Part shown: positions 48,382 to 58,463 of the stretch, piece by piece
How the letters are laid out: each line of letters opens with the position of its first letter
Numbering within the stretch: position 1 is the stretch's first letter
From: a virus
Taxonomy: Duplodnaviria > Caudoviricetes
Virus record (IMG/VR): IMGVR_UViG_3300028025_003146
Coordinates: 1-64,000 of that record
Length of the DNA: 64,000 bases
Direction: 5' to 3' (one strand)
The notes under the pieces: model-generated
The model's database searches: none
What the model saw: only the letters and a program-made list of their open reading frames with translations
What the model was told of the DNA's origin: nothing
Position numbers and translations under genes: made by a program

Positions 48382-48939
48382 CTACAAATCTATTTTTGAT
48401 AAAGTATCCGCATCATAATGAACGCCAAAATGATTATTTAATAGTATACCAGCTTCTACCCAATCTTGGCAAGAGATGATCTTTTGATAGATTTCATTCT
48501 TTTTATTTAAGTGGTACTTTTCACATTTATAGTCGTCCTGCTTTAAAAACTCTGGTGTAGATTTTAATAACAAAAGTTTATTTGAATAGTATTTTTCTAG
48601 CATGAATATCATTGCAGCTTTTTGGAAAAGGCATGCATTCTGTTTATCTTCTTCAGTCAAGGTATACTTAAACTTACCCTCTACCTGCTCAAATGGCTTA
48701 CCCTCTAGTTGTGATAAATGTAAGGTGTTTGGCCTAAGCTTTATATAGCCTTTATACTTTCCAACAAACTGATACGCAAGAGCAACTTCTTTTGTTACCA
48801 CCGTCATTTTTGGAAGGTTCATATACAGCATCTGGCTTTCATCTACTGCCCCTACGAGCAAATTGCTCCATTCACCAATATGCTGGATGTAATTATTTTT
48901 CTCCGTTTTATCTTCTGGATCAAATAAAAAGTAAATCAT
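48382..48939 (-). CDS. Hypothetical protein
   Basis: 185 aa, ATGA-coupled to upstream gene. Confidence 0.7.
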   Translation of the reverse strand: MIYFLFDPEDKTEKNNYIQHIGEWSNLLVGAVDESQMLYMNLPKMTVVTKEVALAYQFVGKYKGYIKLRPNTLHLSQLEGKPFEQVEGKFKYTLTEEDKQNACLFQKAAMIFMLEKYYSNKLLLLKSTPEFLKQDDYKCEKYHLNKKNEIYQKIISCQDWVEAGILLNNHFGVHYDADTLSKIDL

Positions 48940-49667
48940 TGAATTTCTTCCCAGAGTCCACTTTCTGAATCGGCAAGCTCTAATCTTTTTCTTGTCTCTA
49001 TTTGCAATAAATCTAGGTGTTTATTTGTTTCTATAGCTTTAACAACTGCAGTTTCAAGAGCTATTTCTCTAACTTCTTTTGGCAATTGATCAATGGCCTC
49101 CATGTTTCCGCCATTAACTCTTCCATAAAACATTAAGTCGTAAGCTGCTTGCGCTCCTAGTCTAATTCCCCAAAGCTCTGCCTCAAGCCTTTCTTCTTCA
49201 TCATGATCTCCAATTATATCCATAATCAGTCTACCGTCAGAAAGTCTACCCTCATCAGAAGAGTTAAATTTATCTATTAGCATCATATACTTATCTCGTT
49301 CTTCGTATACTAAGCTGACACTATTTTTTTGATTTAACAGAACTCTTTCTTTTTCTTTAATATTAAGCTCATGAATTTTAATTTCTGCAGGAGAAGTAGA
49401 AGCACTAATTTTTTCTTTTTCTAAATCAATTTCTAGTCTAGTTCTTTCTATTTTAAGCTCTTGCTCTACAATCATATTCTCTCTTGCTCCTAGCTCAAGC
49501 AAAAGCTGTCTAAGTTTTCCAAATGGAGTAAATTGCGCTCCACCAACAAAATTATCTATTTTAAATACTGGCACCCCCCAATGTCTATTTGTAGCATAAA
49601 GAAGAATATCTTTTTGTGATTTTGTATAGCCAGAAACATCCGACGTTATATCGTTTATATATCTCAT
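48936..49667 (-). CDS. Coiled-coil hypothetical protein
   Basis: 243 aa, long heptad region, RLGAQAAYDL...GRVNGGN. Confidence 0.75.
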   Translation of the reverse strand: MRYINDITSDVSGYTKSQKDILLYATNRHWGVPVFKIDNFVGGAQFTPFGKLRQLLLELGARENMIVEQELKIERTRLEIDLEKEKISASTSPAEIKIHELNIKEKERVLLNQKNSVSLVYEERDKYMMLIDKFNSSDEGRLSDGRLIMDIIGDHDEEERLEAELWGIRLGAQAAYDLMFYGRVNGGNMEAIDQLPKEVREIALETAVVKAIETNKHLDLLQIETRKRLELADSESGLWEEIQ

Positions 49668-49682
49668 TTTATTACCTATCTA

Positions 49683-50603
49683 TTAAGAACGTTGTGCTGA
49701 GTAGCCAGAACTTCTTCCTGGAACTCCCTTAGACTGCATTGATCCTCCGCCTTCAAAGCCAGAATCTGTAGCGTAGTTAAATCTCCAAGATCTGTTATTT
49801 TGCTCTCCGTTATAGTTTCCAAGCATGTATTGCCATGCTTGTCCCATATCAAAATTTTCTTCACCACAATTTGTAATTGGCTTTCCAACAGTTCCTATAT
49901 TTGTTTCAGTAGCAACACTAAATCTTCTTAAGTTGTTTCCACCTGCATAGTTACCCTCATTACCTGCGTATAGAGTAGTTAACTTTGAAGAAATTCCTTT
50001 TTGTTGTCCGTGAACGCCATTGCAAGGTGATTGAGCTTGAGTTTCTGTTGCAAAAGTTAATTTAACACCATTATCATCTCCATAGTGAAAACCTTTTGTT
50101 TCATGATAAAAAGATGACATTGTTTGAGAGTTGGATCCAAAGCTTTTGCCAAGTGAACTCATCCAAGACTGTGTTGTGAAATTAAACTTCATAATTGCTG
50201 CTACACCTACTTCGCCTGGTGCACCATATGCGTACAGTTGCTCTTGATGCATAATTGTTCCTGCATTTCCTACTGCATATGGGGCGGAAGGACCAATAAT
50301 TGATGTGTTTGTTCTCATATTGTAACGATTGGTTTGCGAGCTTGATCCTCCAACTGTATTATTGGCTTTAAGAAGATAGGCAAATGTATCATCACACATT
50401 CCACCAGGATATCCACTAGAGTTATTTAGCGGACTACCTAAATCAATTGTTGTATCAGTTGAGTGTGTTACTTCGTTAACGCTTGTCCATGGCGAACTGT
50501 TTCTGTATCCAGCAAGCACGTAACCCTTTGTAATAACCTGTCTCAAAAGAAATGCTACGGGCCCACCTGAACCAGACATATATCTATTTTGCGGAAATGG
50601 CAT
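49683..50603 (-). CDS. Kelch-like beta-propeller protein (putative fibre tip)
   Basis: About six repeats ending (R/K)(F/Y/L)x(F/Y/M/V)xT(D/E/N/Q)(T/S); follows a fibre chaperone gene. Confidence 0.72.
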   Translation of the reverse strand: MPFPQNRYMSGSGGPVAFLLRQVITKGYVLAGYRNSSPWTSVNEVTHSTDTTIDLGSPLNNSSGYPGGMCDDTFAYLLKANNTVGGSSSQTNRYNMRTNTSIIGPSAPYAVGNAGTIMHQEQLYAYGAPGEVGVAAIMKFNFTTQSWMSSLGKSFGSNSQTMSSFYHETKGFHYGDDNGVKLTFATETQAQSPCNGVHGQQKGISSKLTTLYAGNEGNYAGGNNLRRFSVATETNIGTVGKPITNCGEENFDMGQAWQYMLGNYNGEQNNRSWRFNYATDSGFEGGGSMQSKGVPGRSSGYSAQRS

Positions 50604-51104
50604 TTAAACCTCCACAGTATATTTTAGTTTGACTGAAGCAATTCCTAATGTGGGCCATGTGATATTAAATGGGTTTGTTTGTTCTGTAATATCTCTTAAA
50701 GATTTTCTATATGCAATAATCTTTTCTTGATCTGAATCTGAAAAAGAAGAAAATACATCTGGCATAACTAGGTAGTCTGTTGCGGTAATAGTGTTATCTC
50801 TATGATATTTTACTAGATTCCACTGATTTGCTATTACTTCTGCTTTTTCTTCATTCGATAAATCAATAAGCACATATGAGCCTTTAACTTTTTTACCAGC
50901 AAGGACTCTTTCAAAAGAAACTTTCTTTTTAGTTGGATCGAATGATGGGGTTTCTGCTTCATCTTCACATATATACCAATTATCAAAGCCTTCAAGGTGT
51001 GATTCTAAAATTGGTGAAGGGAAATGTGTTGAAGGATACATCTCTCTTAGCTGTTGCTCATTTACAATTTGAGTAATATGCTTATCTATAACTTGTGCGT
51101 ACAT
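50604..51104 (-). CDS. Phage tail-fibre assembly chaperone
   Basis: W..VK..RD..I.ATDY, YRKSLRDITEQ..PFNITWP. Confidence 0.82.
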   Translation of the reverse strand: MYAQVIDKHITQIVNEQQLREMYPSTHFPSPILESHLEGFDNWYICEDEAETPSFDPTKKKVSFERVLAGKKVKGSYVLIDLSNEEKAEVIANQWNLVKYHRDNTITATDYLVMPDVFSSFSDSDQEKIIAYRKSLRDITEQTNPFNITWPTLGIASVKLKYTVEV

Positions 51105-51469
51105 TATCGTGAGTCCTTCATTGATATTGATCCTCGCCAGTTTGTTCCATTATCGTATGTAATAAATGTTATAACATCGATTCCTCCAGAAGTGAGGGCT
51201 GGAGCTGTAGCTCCTGGATATTTTGCATTTGCAAATGTTATTGTGTATGCTCCTCCGCCAGTTAATTGTAGAGAAAAAGAAACAACTCCCGTTGTTGGGG
51301 TATTAATAATAGTAAATGTTGTTGCTGCTGTTACTGTGCAAGTAAAATCATTTGATAGAGATAAGTCTAAGTTTACTGCACCTGAACGAGACCCTAGGTC
51401 TAGTCTTCCAGTCTTATATGTATTAAGGGATCCAACTTGATCTCCGATAACATCGCTTAATAGTGCCAT
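51104..51469 (-). CDS. Fibre-associated beta-sandwich protein
   Basis: LDLSLSNDF, LTGGGAYTITF, APALT..GIDVITF.TYDNGTNW. Confidence 0.72.
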   Translation of the reverse strand: MALLSDVIGDQVGSLNTYKTGRLDLGSRSGAVNLDLSLSNDFTCTVTAATTFTIINTPTTGVVSFSLQLTGGGAYTITFANAKYPGATAPALTSGGIDVITFITYDNGTNWRGSISMKDSR

Positions 51470-52134
51470 TAGATTACTCTCCATCCTTGAGATGTATTTG
51501 AAAATACTAATTCTACAGCTTTGCTCTTTACGTTAAAAACTAGATCTTCCGCTATTCCAGCTATCAAGCTTCCGTTTCTTGCAACTGTAAAGTTAGTTGT
51601 TTGTGAAGTTCCAGCTGAGTCAACAATGATTACTGTGTCTCCAATTGAAGGTGCGGCTGGCAATGTTATTACAAGACCTGCTGCTGGTGTTATAAGAAGT
51701 CTATCTCCTCTAACTGCTGTATATGAAGCAGTTATATTTGTCCAAGTATTTGGAATCTTTCCTGCAACTAGTGAATTTAATCCTGTAACTGTTGAAGCAA
51801 GTGCGGAAATCTGTCCGCCTGCTGTACTTACATAGTTTTCAGTTGCATAGATTCTTGTTTCGTGATCAGCAACATCAGCTTCAACATCAGTAATTCTTTG
51901 TCCGTTAACTGAGCTGTTAATTGATGTAATAGCTGCGTCTCTTGCCGCATTAATAGCAGCAATTCTTTCAGTTGTAACTGTAAGAATATCGTTAACGCCC
52001 ATAGATTTTGCTAATGTATCAAGTGCTGAGGCCAGCAAAACTAGGTCGTTTGCATCTAAGGTTGTAGATGCAAGAGCGCTTACCTTTGTTTTAAATAGTT
52101 CAACCTGAGTTTGCAGTGTTGTATAATCTGGCAT
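51469..52134 (-). CDS. Fibre-anchor protein (MPDY family, copy A) with C-terminal gp34-like repeat domain
   Basis: ITLPAAPSIGDTV.IVD..G.....NFTVARNG...LVF.....GWRV. Confidence 0.72.
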   Translation of the reverse strand: MPDYTTLQTQVELFKTKVSALASTTLDANDLVLLASALDTLAKSMGVNDILTVTTERIAAINAARDAAITSINSSVNGQRITDVEADVADHETRIYATENYVSTAGGQISALASTVTGLNSLVAGKIPNTWTNITASYTAVRGDRLLITPAAGLVITLPAAPSIGDTVIIVDSAGTSQTTNFTVARNGSLIAGIAEDLVFNVKSKAVELVFSNTSQGWRVI

Positions 52135-52142
52135 TTTTTCTC

Positions 52143-55100
52143 CTAAGCCTGAGCTTCAGTCCAGGAAATTCTAGCAAGAATGTTTGCAGCCCCTGAACCA
52201 AGATTTGTTGCTGTAACTGTTAAGATATCTGGTCCATTAGGGAATGATGGGTTTGTCTGAGACCCATTTCCGTTTAGAATTGAGTTTGAAAGGTCTCTAA
52301 CTTTCTTAGCATCAAATGTAGTAACGGAGAAGTTAGTACCACCTGCGTTTTCTGTGTAGAAAGCAAAGATACGATCTCCACCAGTAACGGTATTTGTAGG
52401 GGATGTAACTGGTGCTCCAGTACCTCTAACTCCTGTACCGTCGTGATAAATTACCTGTGCAAGAGAACCAGAACCAACTCTTACTGCTTCCCATTCTGCA
52501 GGGATTGCAATACCGTTCATAGTTGCTGGATTTAGAATTCCTTCAATCAAGAATTGTCCCTGTGAAAGAACTCCAACTGAGTCAAGCTTCATCTGCATAC
52601 GGTTTGCTAGTTCACGCATTCCAAAGTTTCTTCCTAGACCATTGTCTGCAGAAGGTGCCACTCTAATCGAAACGAGTGGACGAGGGGTTGGTGTGCTTCC
52701 GAATGTCTGTACTGCGGTACCGTTAGGGTTAATTGCAGAAATTGCTTCATCTGCACCCGCTAAAGCAAAAGTAAATGATGTTGGTGCAACCGAAGTAATT
52801 AAGAATGTACCGTTGTATCGGCTTGATCCTGTAACTCTTGGTGATCCAGAAATTGACTGGAAGCCAATATTTGCATTAACCTTGCTGAAAGAGAATGTTG
52901 TAGGGCTTGGAACAAGTGAGATTGTATATGTTCCGTTAAAAATGCTATCCATACCAGTAATAGTAACCTGCTGTCCAACTGAGTATAGATGTGCTGTACC
53001 AGTTGTCAGTGTTGCGATGTTATTGCTGATTTGTCTAAATGTTGGTGTAACAATATCATTTACACCTGATATGGTTACGTTTGTACCTGATGCTAGTGTG
53101 TGAGTACCTGATGTAGTCATTGTTGCCACACCTGATTGCGCCTGTCGGTTTGTTAGCGTAGCTGAAATTGTTCCAGATCCACCAACCTGCAAGTATCTCT
53201 GCATACCAGCAGTAAAGATAAACGACTTATCATCATTAAATTTACCATCCATAATTACAGATGATCCCCAGTGTGACATAACTGGTGCACAGTTTTGAGA
53301 AATTGTTTGTACTGAAACTTGTGCTGTACCAGATCCGCCAGGAATTGTTGAGTCTGGAACAAAGTTTGATTGGATAGATGTTCCAAATAGATTCATTGGA
53401 ACTCCTCCGTAAACTAGAGGTTGTGCGACTCTTCTTACAATATTAACTGCATGTGCTTGAATTGATGGATTATATGCACCAATTGATGTATATTCGCAAA
53501 TCTCAAAATTAGCTCCATCTGCAATTCTTAGGTATCCTGTTGATGGCCAGAAGCTTACGTCATTGACATAGATTACTGTGTCTTGAGGGAATAGTGTGGA
53601 TCCGCTTAGCCCTGATCCTCCTGCAATTAATTTTGCAGAGTTTAGAGGCTCATTAATTGTTTCATATCTTGCAGGAAGGTTTCCTGATCTCATATATGAA
53701 GCGGTATTAATATTATTCATTACCATCTTGTGACACCAGATAATGTTACCGTCGGTGCCTCTTAATCCAAATCTAATTGAACCTGCTCCATACCAAGAGT
53801 AGTCAATAAATGTCATTTGCATCTTTGATATATCAAGGTCGTACCCTGTTGGTCCGTGTCCGTCTACAGTATCAATGTTCCAATCGTGTTGTGGAATCTT
53901 TTGAATCTGTGTCTTAAGATAAGGAGAACCACTAACACTTGGTCCTCTGTATGCTGGGGCAATGTTTAAAGAAGTATCATTGTTAATCTGAATAACTCTA
54001 TAAGACTGTCCTCTAACTACAATTAGGTCTCCAACAAGTAGTTGCTTTCTAAATCTAGTATCCACTCCTGTGACTACATTTGAAAATTGTGTTACTGAGA
54101 TCTTTCCAAATAGTTCTTTGTTTGAGAATCTTCTTACTGCATACAATGTCCGTCCATCATACTCAAAATAGAATCCATTTTGATCATCATATAGTCCCGC
54201 TCTTGTTGCTGAGCCTTTCCACTGATATGCTGTTACGAATGCATTAACTCCACCTGGCAATTGATCGATTGCGCTAATTGCAGAAGTAAATGTCTTTTGT
54301 ACAATAATTGTATTTGAATCTGTTACTGAGCTAATGGTGAATAGGCCATTGAATGGGTTATATGCTCCCACTGTTTCAATTCCCTCAATTTTAATTGTTG
54401 CGCCAGCCTGTAGGTTGTGATCTTGCAAAACACGAATTGTGATTGCATTTGATCCAATTGCTGTGCTTGATGCTGCAATATAAGATATATCAAATGAAGG
54501 GGTAAACTTTGTTCCTGTTGAAAACGTAATTGACTTACCTGACTGATATCTAAAATATCTACGTGTCTGTCTAAGTGTTTGTGTTCCGCATACGTTATTT
54601 CCAGTCGTGAGAATAACTCCACCATCAAACGGTCTATGTTCTACGTAGCCCTCTGGCTTACAGAATAGACCAATTCCTGTGGTGTTTATTGCACCTACTG
54701 GAATTAATGACTGTGTCATGAATGAAAATGAATTTGGGGTTGTAACTCTGTCAATCAAGAAGCTTCCATTAATTGCGCTTCCTGATGGAGCTGAAATCAA
54801 AATTGGCGTTCCTGGATAAAGTCCATGTGGGTTTGTAGTAACAACATCGATTCTTGAAAGACTTGCACCGTCTGATGTTGCTGCCCAAGAATTTAAGGCT
54901 CCAGTATTTCCGCCTGGAATGTGTGCATTATCAAAGATTCCTCCACCGTAAAGTGTTGTTAGGGTTCCATCTAGAACACTAGTCAAGTTTGGAACATTGC
55001 CCTTGGCAATAAATGAAAATGCTGTTGAGTCAACAATGGTAATAAGAAAAGTACCATCTGTAAGAGGGCTTAGTGATTCGTTAACGCTTACTACGTCTCC

Positions 55101-55640
55101 GTTGTTTAATCCGTGTGGGGTTGCGGTTGTTACAACAATTCTAGATCTTGGTGATCCGCCTGATGAAATAATAGAAATTACATCTAGGGAGTTTCCGCCT
55201 GTATTTCTTGAAAAGAATGTTGGGTAGTTATTTTGAAGAGAAAGAGATTCCCATTTAGAACCCTGCACACCGTACTCAAAGTCAGTATCAATCAAAGACT
55301 CTGGATCAGATATTTTTAGCTTTCCTACTGCATCCAACTGGTCTGGTGAAGGCGTAAATGTCTCAGATGGCTCGTCAACCATAATTTGAAGCTTATCTGT
55401 TGACTGCATTGATGCTGTATTATACTCAAGAACTAAAGTTGTGTGAACATCATTTAGACTATCAGTTAAAGAGTAGCTTGCTAGACCTACCGCTGGGTCT
55501 GAAAAATTATAAATAATTTTATTTTGGGTGACGTTTGTGATCAAAAGAAGATTTTGTCTTAGTACAAATCTTGGAATTGTAATCGTGGATGTTGCGGGGG
55601 AAAATATAATCCCTTGATCGTTAATTGCTCTTCTTGCCAT
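52143..55640 (-). CDS. Large virion structural protein with repeated small beta domains
   Basis: LLLITNVT.N.IIYNF.DP N-terminus; SLIDTDFEYG; five H-G/N/T/L-L..G..V.I repeats. Confidence 0.75.
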   Translation of the reverse strand: MARRAINDQGIIFSPATSTITIPRFVLRQNLLLITNVTQNKIIYNFSDPAVGLASYSLTDSLNDVHTTLVLEYNTASMQSTDKLQIMVDEPSETFTPSPDQLDAVGKLKISDPESLIDTDFEYGVQGSKWESLSLQNNYPTFFSRNTGGNSLDVISIISSGGSPRSRIVVTTATPHGLNNGDVVSVNESLSPLTDGTFLITIVDSTAFSFIAKGNVPNLTSVLDGTLTTLYGGGIFDNAHIPGGNTGALNSWAATSDGASLSRIDVVTTNPHGLYPGTPILISAPSGSAINGSFLIDRVTTPNSFSFMTQSLIPVGAINTTGIGLFCKPEGYVEHRPFDGGVILTTGNNVCGTQTLRQTRRYFRYQSGKSITFSTGTKFTPSFDISYIAASSTAIGSNAITIRVLQDHNLQAGATIKIEGIETVGAYNPFNGLFTISSVTDSNTIIVQKTFTSAISAIDQLPGGVNAFVTAYQWKGSATRAGLYDDQNGFYFEYDGRTLYAVRRFSNKELFGKISVTQFSNVVTGVDTRFRKQLLVGDLIVVRGQSYRVIQINNDTSLNIAPAYRGPSVSGSPYLKTQIQKIPQHDWNIDTVDGHGPTGYDLDISKMQMTFIDYSWYGAGSIRFGLRGTDGNIIWCHKMVMNNINTASYMRSGNLPARYETINEPLNSAKLIAGGSGLSGSTLFPQDTVIYVNDVSFWPSTGYLRIADGANFEICEYTSIGAYNPSIQAHAVNIVRRVAQPLVYGGVPMNLFGTSIQSNFVPDSTIPGGSGTAQVSVQTISQNCAPVMSHWGSSVIMDGKFNDDKSFIFTAGMQRYLQVGGSGTISATLTNRQAQSGVATMTTSGTHTLASGTNVTISGVNDIVTPTFRQISNNIATLTTGTAHLYSVGQQVTITGMDSIFNGTYTISLVPSPTTFSFSKVNANIGFQSISGSPRVTGSSRYNGTFLITSVAPTSFTFALAGADEAISAINPNGTAVQTFGSTPTPRPLVSIRVAPSADNGLGRNFGMRELANRMQMKLDSVGVLSQGQFLIEGILNPATMNGIAIPAEWEAVRVGSGSLAQVIYHDGTGVRGTGAPVTSPTNTVTGGDRIFAFYTENAGGTNFSVTTFDAKKVRDLSNSILNGNGSQTNPSFPNGPDILTVTATNLGSGAANILARISWTEAQA

Positions 55641-55655
55641 ATTGGTTAGTCTCCC

Positions 55656-56273
55656 TTAGAAAATAAAACTTGTTGCCATAATTGTACCATTTATCTGTGC
55701 CAAAGATGATGTTAGTGCATATTTTGGATAATAAATACCTAGATTAAGTAATGAATCTAATTCATAGGCTGAAACTCTTCTTTCAATATCTGCCACAACT
55801 ACATCTCCAATTGGACCTGTCGGACCAACGGGTCCCTGGACTCCTGCTGGACCCTGAATACCTTGTGGACCTCTTACGTTACCTTGTAAAACCCAAGTTG
55901 TTGTTGATGCGCTATAAACATAATACTCTCCAGTATTTAAATTTATAAAGTTGTCGCCTTCAATTAAATTTGTTAGCCCTGCATTTTGTGGAACTGATTG
56001 AGCTGTATATGTCTTTGTTCCTCTTGTACCTGGAACACCTGCTGGGCCCGTAACTGATGCGCCCCGTGGAATTGAAAAGTTTAAAACAGCATTTGTTGCT
56101 GTGCCTGAATTTGTAACTGTTGCATTTAGGCCTGAAGCAACCGATGTTACTGTACCTACAGATATAGCTGCTGCAGTTCCTGCTGGGCCTTGAGGGCCAG
56201 TAGCTCCCGTTGGGCCAGGTCGTGATCCTGCAACGACTACCCACTCAGTTCCGTTATAGCGTTTTAATGACAT
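55656..56273 (-). CDS. Collagen-like fibre protein
   Basis: Short G-X-Y runs (GPTGATGPQGPAG; GPQGIQGPAGVQGPVGPTGPIG). Confidence 0.8.
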   Translation of the reverse strand: MSLKRYNGTEWVVVAGSRPGPTGATGPQGPAGTAAAISVGTVTSVASGLNATVTNSGTATNAVLNFSIPRGASVTGPAGVPGTRGTKTYTAQSVPQNAGLTNLIEGDNFINLNTGEYYVYSASTTTWVLQGNVRGPQGIQGPAGVQGPVGPTGPIGDVVVADIERRVSAYELDSLLNLGIYYPKYALTSSLAQINGTIMATSFIF

Positions 56274-56312
56274 ATTTGATTACCTCTCCACTATTATACA
56301 ACATATCTTTTA

Positions 56313-58190
56313 TTAAACCCCAGCCCAAATCAGCGTTTCCGCATCAAAGGTTGGGAATATCTTTATCCATTGTCCTGCCGCTGCTACATATAAAGAAGCC
56401 TCTGAAGATATGTATGCTATCATTCCGCCGTGCAAAGATGCTGCTGGCAGGCTAGCAAAATTTGTTATTTGTGCAGCATTATTTTTAAATAAATCAGAGT
56501 AAGTTATTTCTCCTTCTTCTGTTGTTAAGTCTAGCCAAAATTCTGTTTGTGCTGGATTAGGTGGAGTTGTTGAAGATAAAATTGATTGACCACTTGTATC
56601 GTCAAGATCTACCCAGAAATCTCCTTCAATTGCAGTATACGTAGGTGGCTCTTCATCTGAATAAATTAAAGGAAGTTCTGGCTCATCTGTATCAATCCAC
56701 AGCGTGTCCATCCCATATGTTCCTTCAGCTGGAGGATTAGGTCCAGCAAATACAAATTCAGTAGAGCCTGCGTCATCGTCAACATCTATCCAAAGATCTC
56801 CTGTTGATGTTGCACCTGCTGGGGGTGAAATTAAACCAACAAAAAATGTGCTTGGTGGCAAAGATGTATCTGTTGGAATTAGTGTTAGTCCACCGCCTCC
56901 GCCTGAGCCTTGAATATCTTGCCAAAGTAGTCCGTCCCAGACCTTTAGTTTGTCTAGTGGCTTATTGTAATAGATTTGTCCGTGTACTGGAGTTAGTGGA
57001 GCGGCATCAAGTCCAATAATAATTCCATTATTAAAAGTATTTTTAGATGTCCATGTATTTGTTGTAGATTGAGATAGGTTTGTTGTTACATTTTCCCAAG
57101 CCGAGTTTAAAGCATTCCATACCTTTAGAGCACCTATTGTTCCGCTTCTTGCTTCATCCGTATCAAACCAGAATTGACCATCTATTGGAGAAGTGGGTGC
57201 ATTAGAGGACATCTTTGCAGTAGAAGGGGGAATATAGGCTTCTAGAATCATCTTGTTAGATTCATCATCGTAGGTTACAGAAATATTAGGATTTGTTCCA
57301 TGAGTAAACAATGGTCCGATTGCATCTTGAACTTGTTCTTGGGTTAATTGAGCTACTGCTACAAAGTTAATCTTGCCTGTGACATCATCATATGTTGCCG
57401 TTAAATTTGTATGAGTTCCAGAGGTTATAAGGCCTGCGGCTACATCCTGAATTTTCTCGTCTATATCTAATTGAGATAGTGGAACTTTTCCAAGTCCATC
57501 AAGTTGTGCAATTCCATCTGCTTGGCCTACTTCTGATACAGGAACATATTTTGTATCGCTTGTATTTCCAAGGGCAGCAATTGCTGCATCAGTATATGAC
57601 TTTGATGAGGCTAAAGCTGTGGCTATAGCTGTTGTTATAGTTGTTGAAAAATTAGGATCGTCATTTATTGCTGCCGCTATTTCATTTAGGGTATTTAGCA
57701 GTGCTGGAGAGGTATCAACTAAATTTGAAATTGCTTGATTTACGTATGCTTGGCTTGCTATTGTATTTGTATTTACAGATAAGGTTATTGTTTTTGCTAC
57801 GCTATCGTAGACCTTGTCTATTCCGCCTGTAGCAACAATTGCCGTTGCAATTGCAGCAATTGCTTCTTCATTATCGTATGTAGCTGTTAAGTTTATTTTT
57901 CTGGCCACATCGTCGTAAGCAACAGTTATATTTGTATGCGTTCCAGTGGTTAGCAGGTCTCCAACTAGATCCTCTACCTCTTCGGTATCAAGAATGTTGG
58001 TTTCTAGGGTTCGAACTTTAAAGTCTAGGGAGTTAGGGTTTGTGTCATTGGTTTTTCCAACTTTTGTCTCAAGGGCCTCAATAGCATCATTTGCGTCTGC
58101 ATGCTGTTTAGCATGTGGGACAGCTAAAACCGAGTCAGTCGGCTGTGGGTTAACTAGAACGTCTAGGTCTGCTGGAAAATTTGTTGCCAT
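56313..58190 (-). CDS. Fibre-like virion protein with TYDD and WxDxD repeats
   Basis: MATNFP..LD, LNTLNEIAAAINDD fibre motif, repeated W(I/V/F/L)D. Confidence 0.75.
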   Translation of the reverse strand: MATNFPADLDVLVNPQPTDSVLAVPHAKQHADANDAIEALETKVGKTNDTNPNSLDFKVRTLETNILDTEEVEDLVGDLLTTGTHTNITVAYDDVARKINLTATYDNEEAIAAIATAIVATGGIDKVYDSVAKTITLSVNTNTIASQAYVNQAISNLVDTSPALLNTLNEIAAAINDDPNFSTTITTAIATALASSKSYTDAAIAALGNTSDTKYVPVSEVGQADGIAQLDGLGKVPLSQLDIDEKIQDVAAGLITSGTHTNLTATYDDVTGKINFVAVAQLTQEQVQDAIGPLFTHGTNPNISVTYDDESNKMILEAYIPPSTAKMSSNAPTSPIDGQFWFDTDEARSGTIGALKVWNALNSAWENVTTNLSQSTTNTWTSKNTFNNGIIIGLDAAPLTPVHGQIYYNKPLDKLKVWDGLLWQDIQGSGGGGGLTLIPTDTSLPPSTFFVGLISPPAGATSTGDLWIDVDDDAGSTEFVFAGPNPPAEGTYGMDTLWIDTDEPELPLIYSDEEPPTYTAIEGDFWVDLDDTSGQSILSSTTPPNPAQTEFWLDLTTEEGEITYSDLFKNNAAQITNFASLPAASLHGGMIAYISSEASLYVAAAGQWIKIFPTFDAETLIWAGV

Positions 58191-58235
58191 ATGGTTGCAC
58201 CTCTTTCCTTATTATACCCTAAAGCTTATTAAGTT

Positions 58236-58463
58236 TTACCACTTACCTAGGGGGCATGTAGCCTTCTCAAGCTTTGTTTTTAAGTGCATTAAGCATCCAC
58301 ACTTTTTGCATTGCTTGGTGAGGGATATAAGTTCTGGACAAAACTTGCATATCTCATATCTTCTGTCAGCCTCTTCCTCTGTGGCGTATTCAGTTTTTGG
58401 ATTTAAAAAATCCCAGGGCCTTACTTCTCTTTTGGTAAGATCTGTGTTTTCTATATCTGACAT
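58236..58463 (-). CDS. Small Cys-rich protein (DUF6171-like)
   Basis: RYEICKFCPEL...QCKKCGC...CPLGKW. Confidence 0.8.
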   Translation of the reverse strand: MSDIENTDLTKREVRPWDFLNPKTEYATEEEADRRYEICKFCPELISLTKQCKKCGCLMHLKTKLEKATCPLGKW

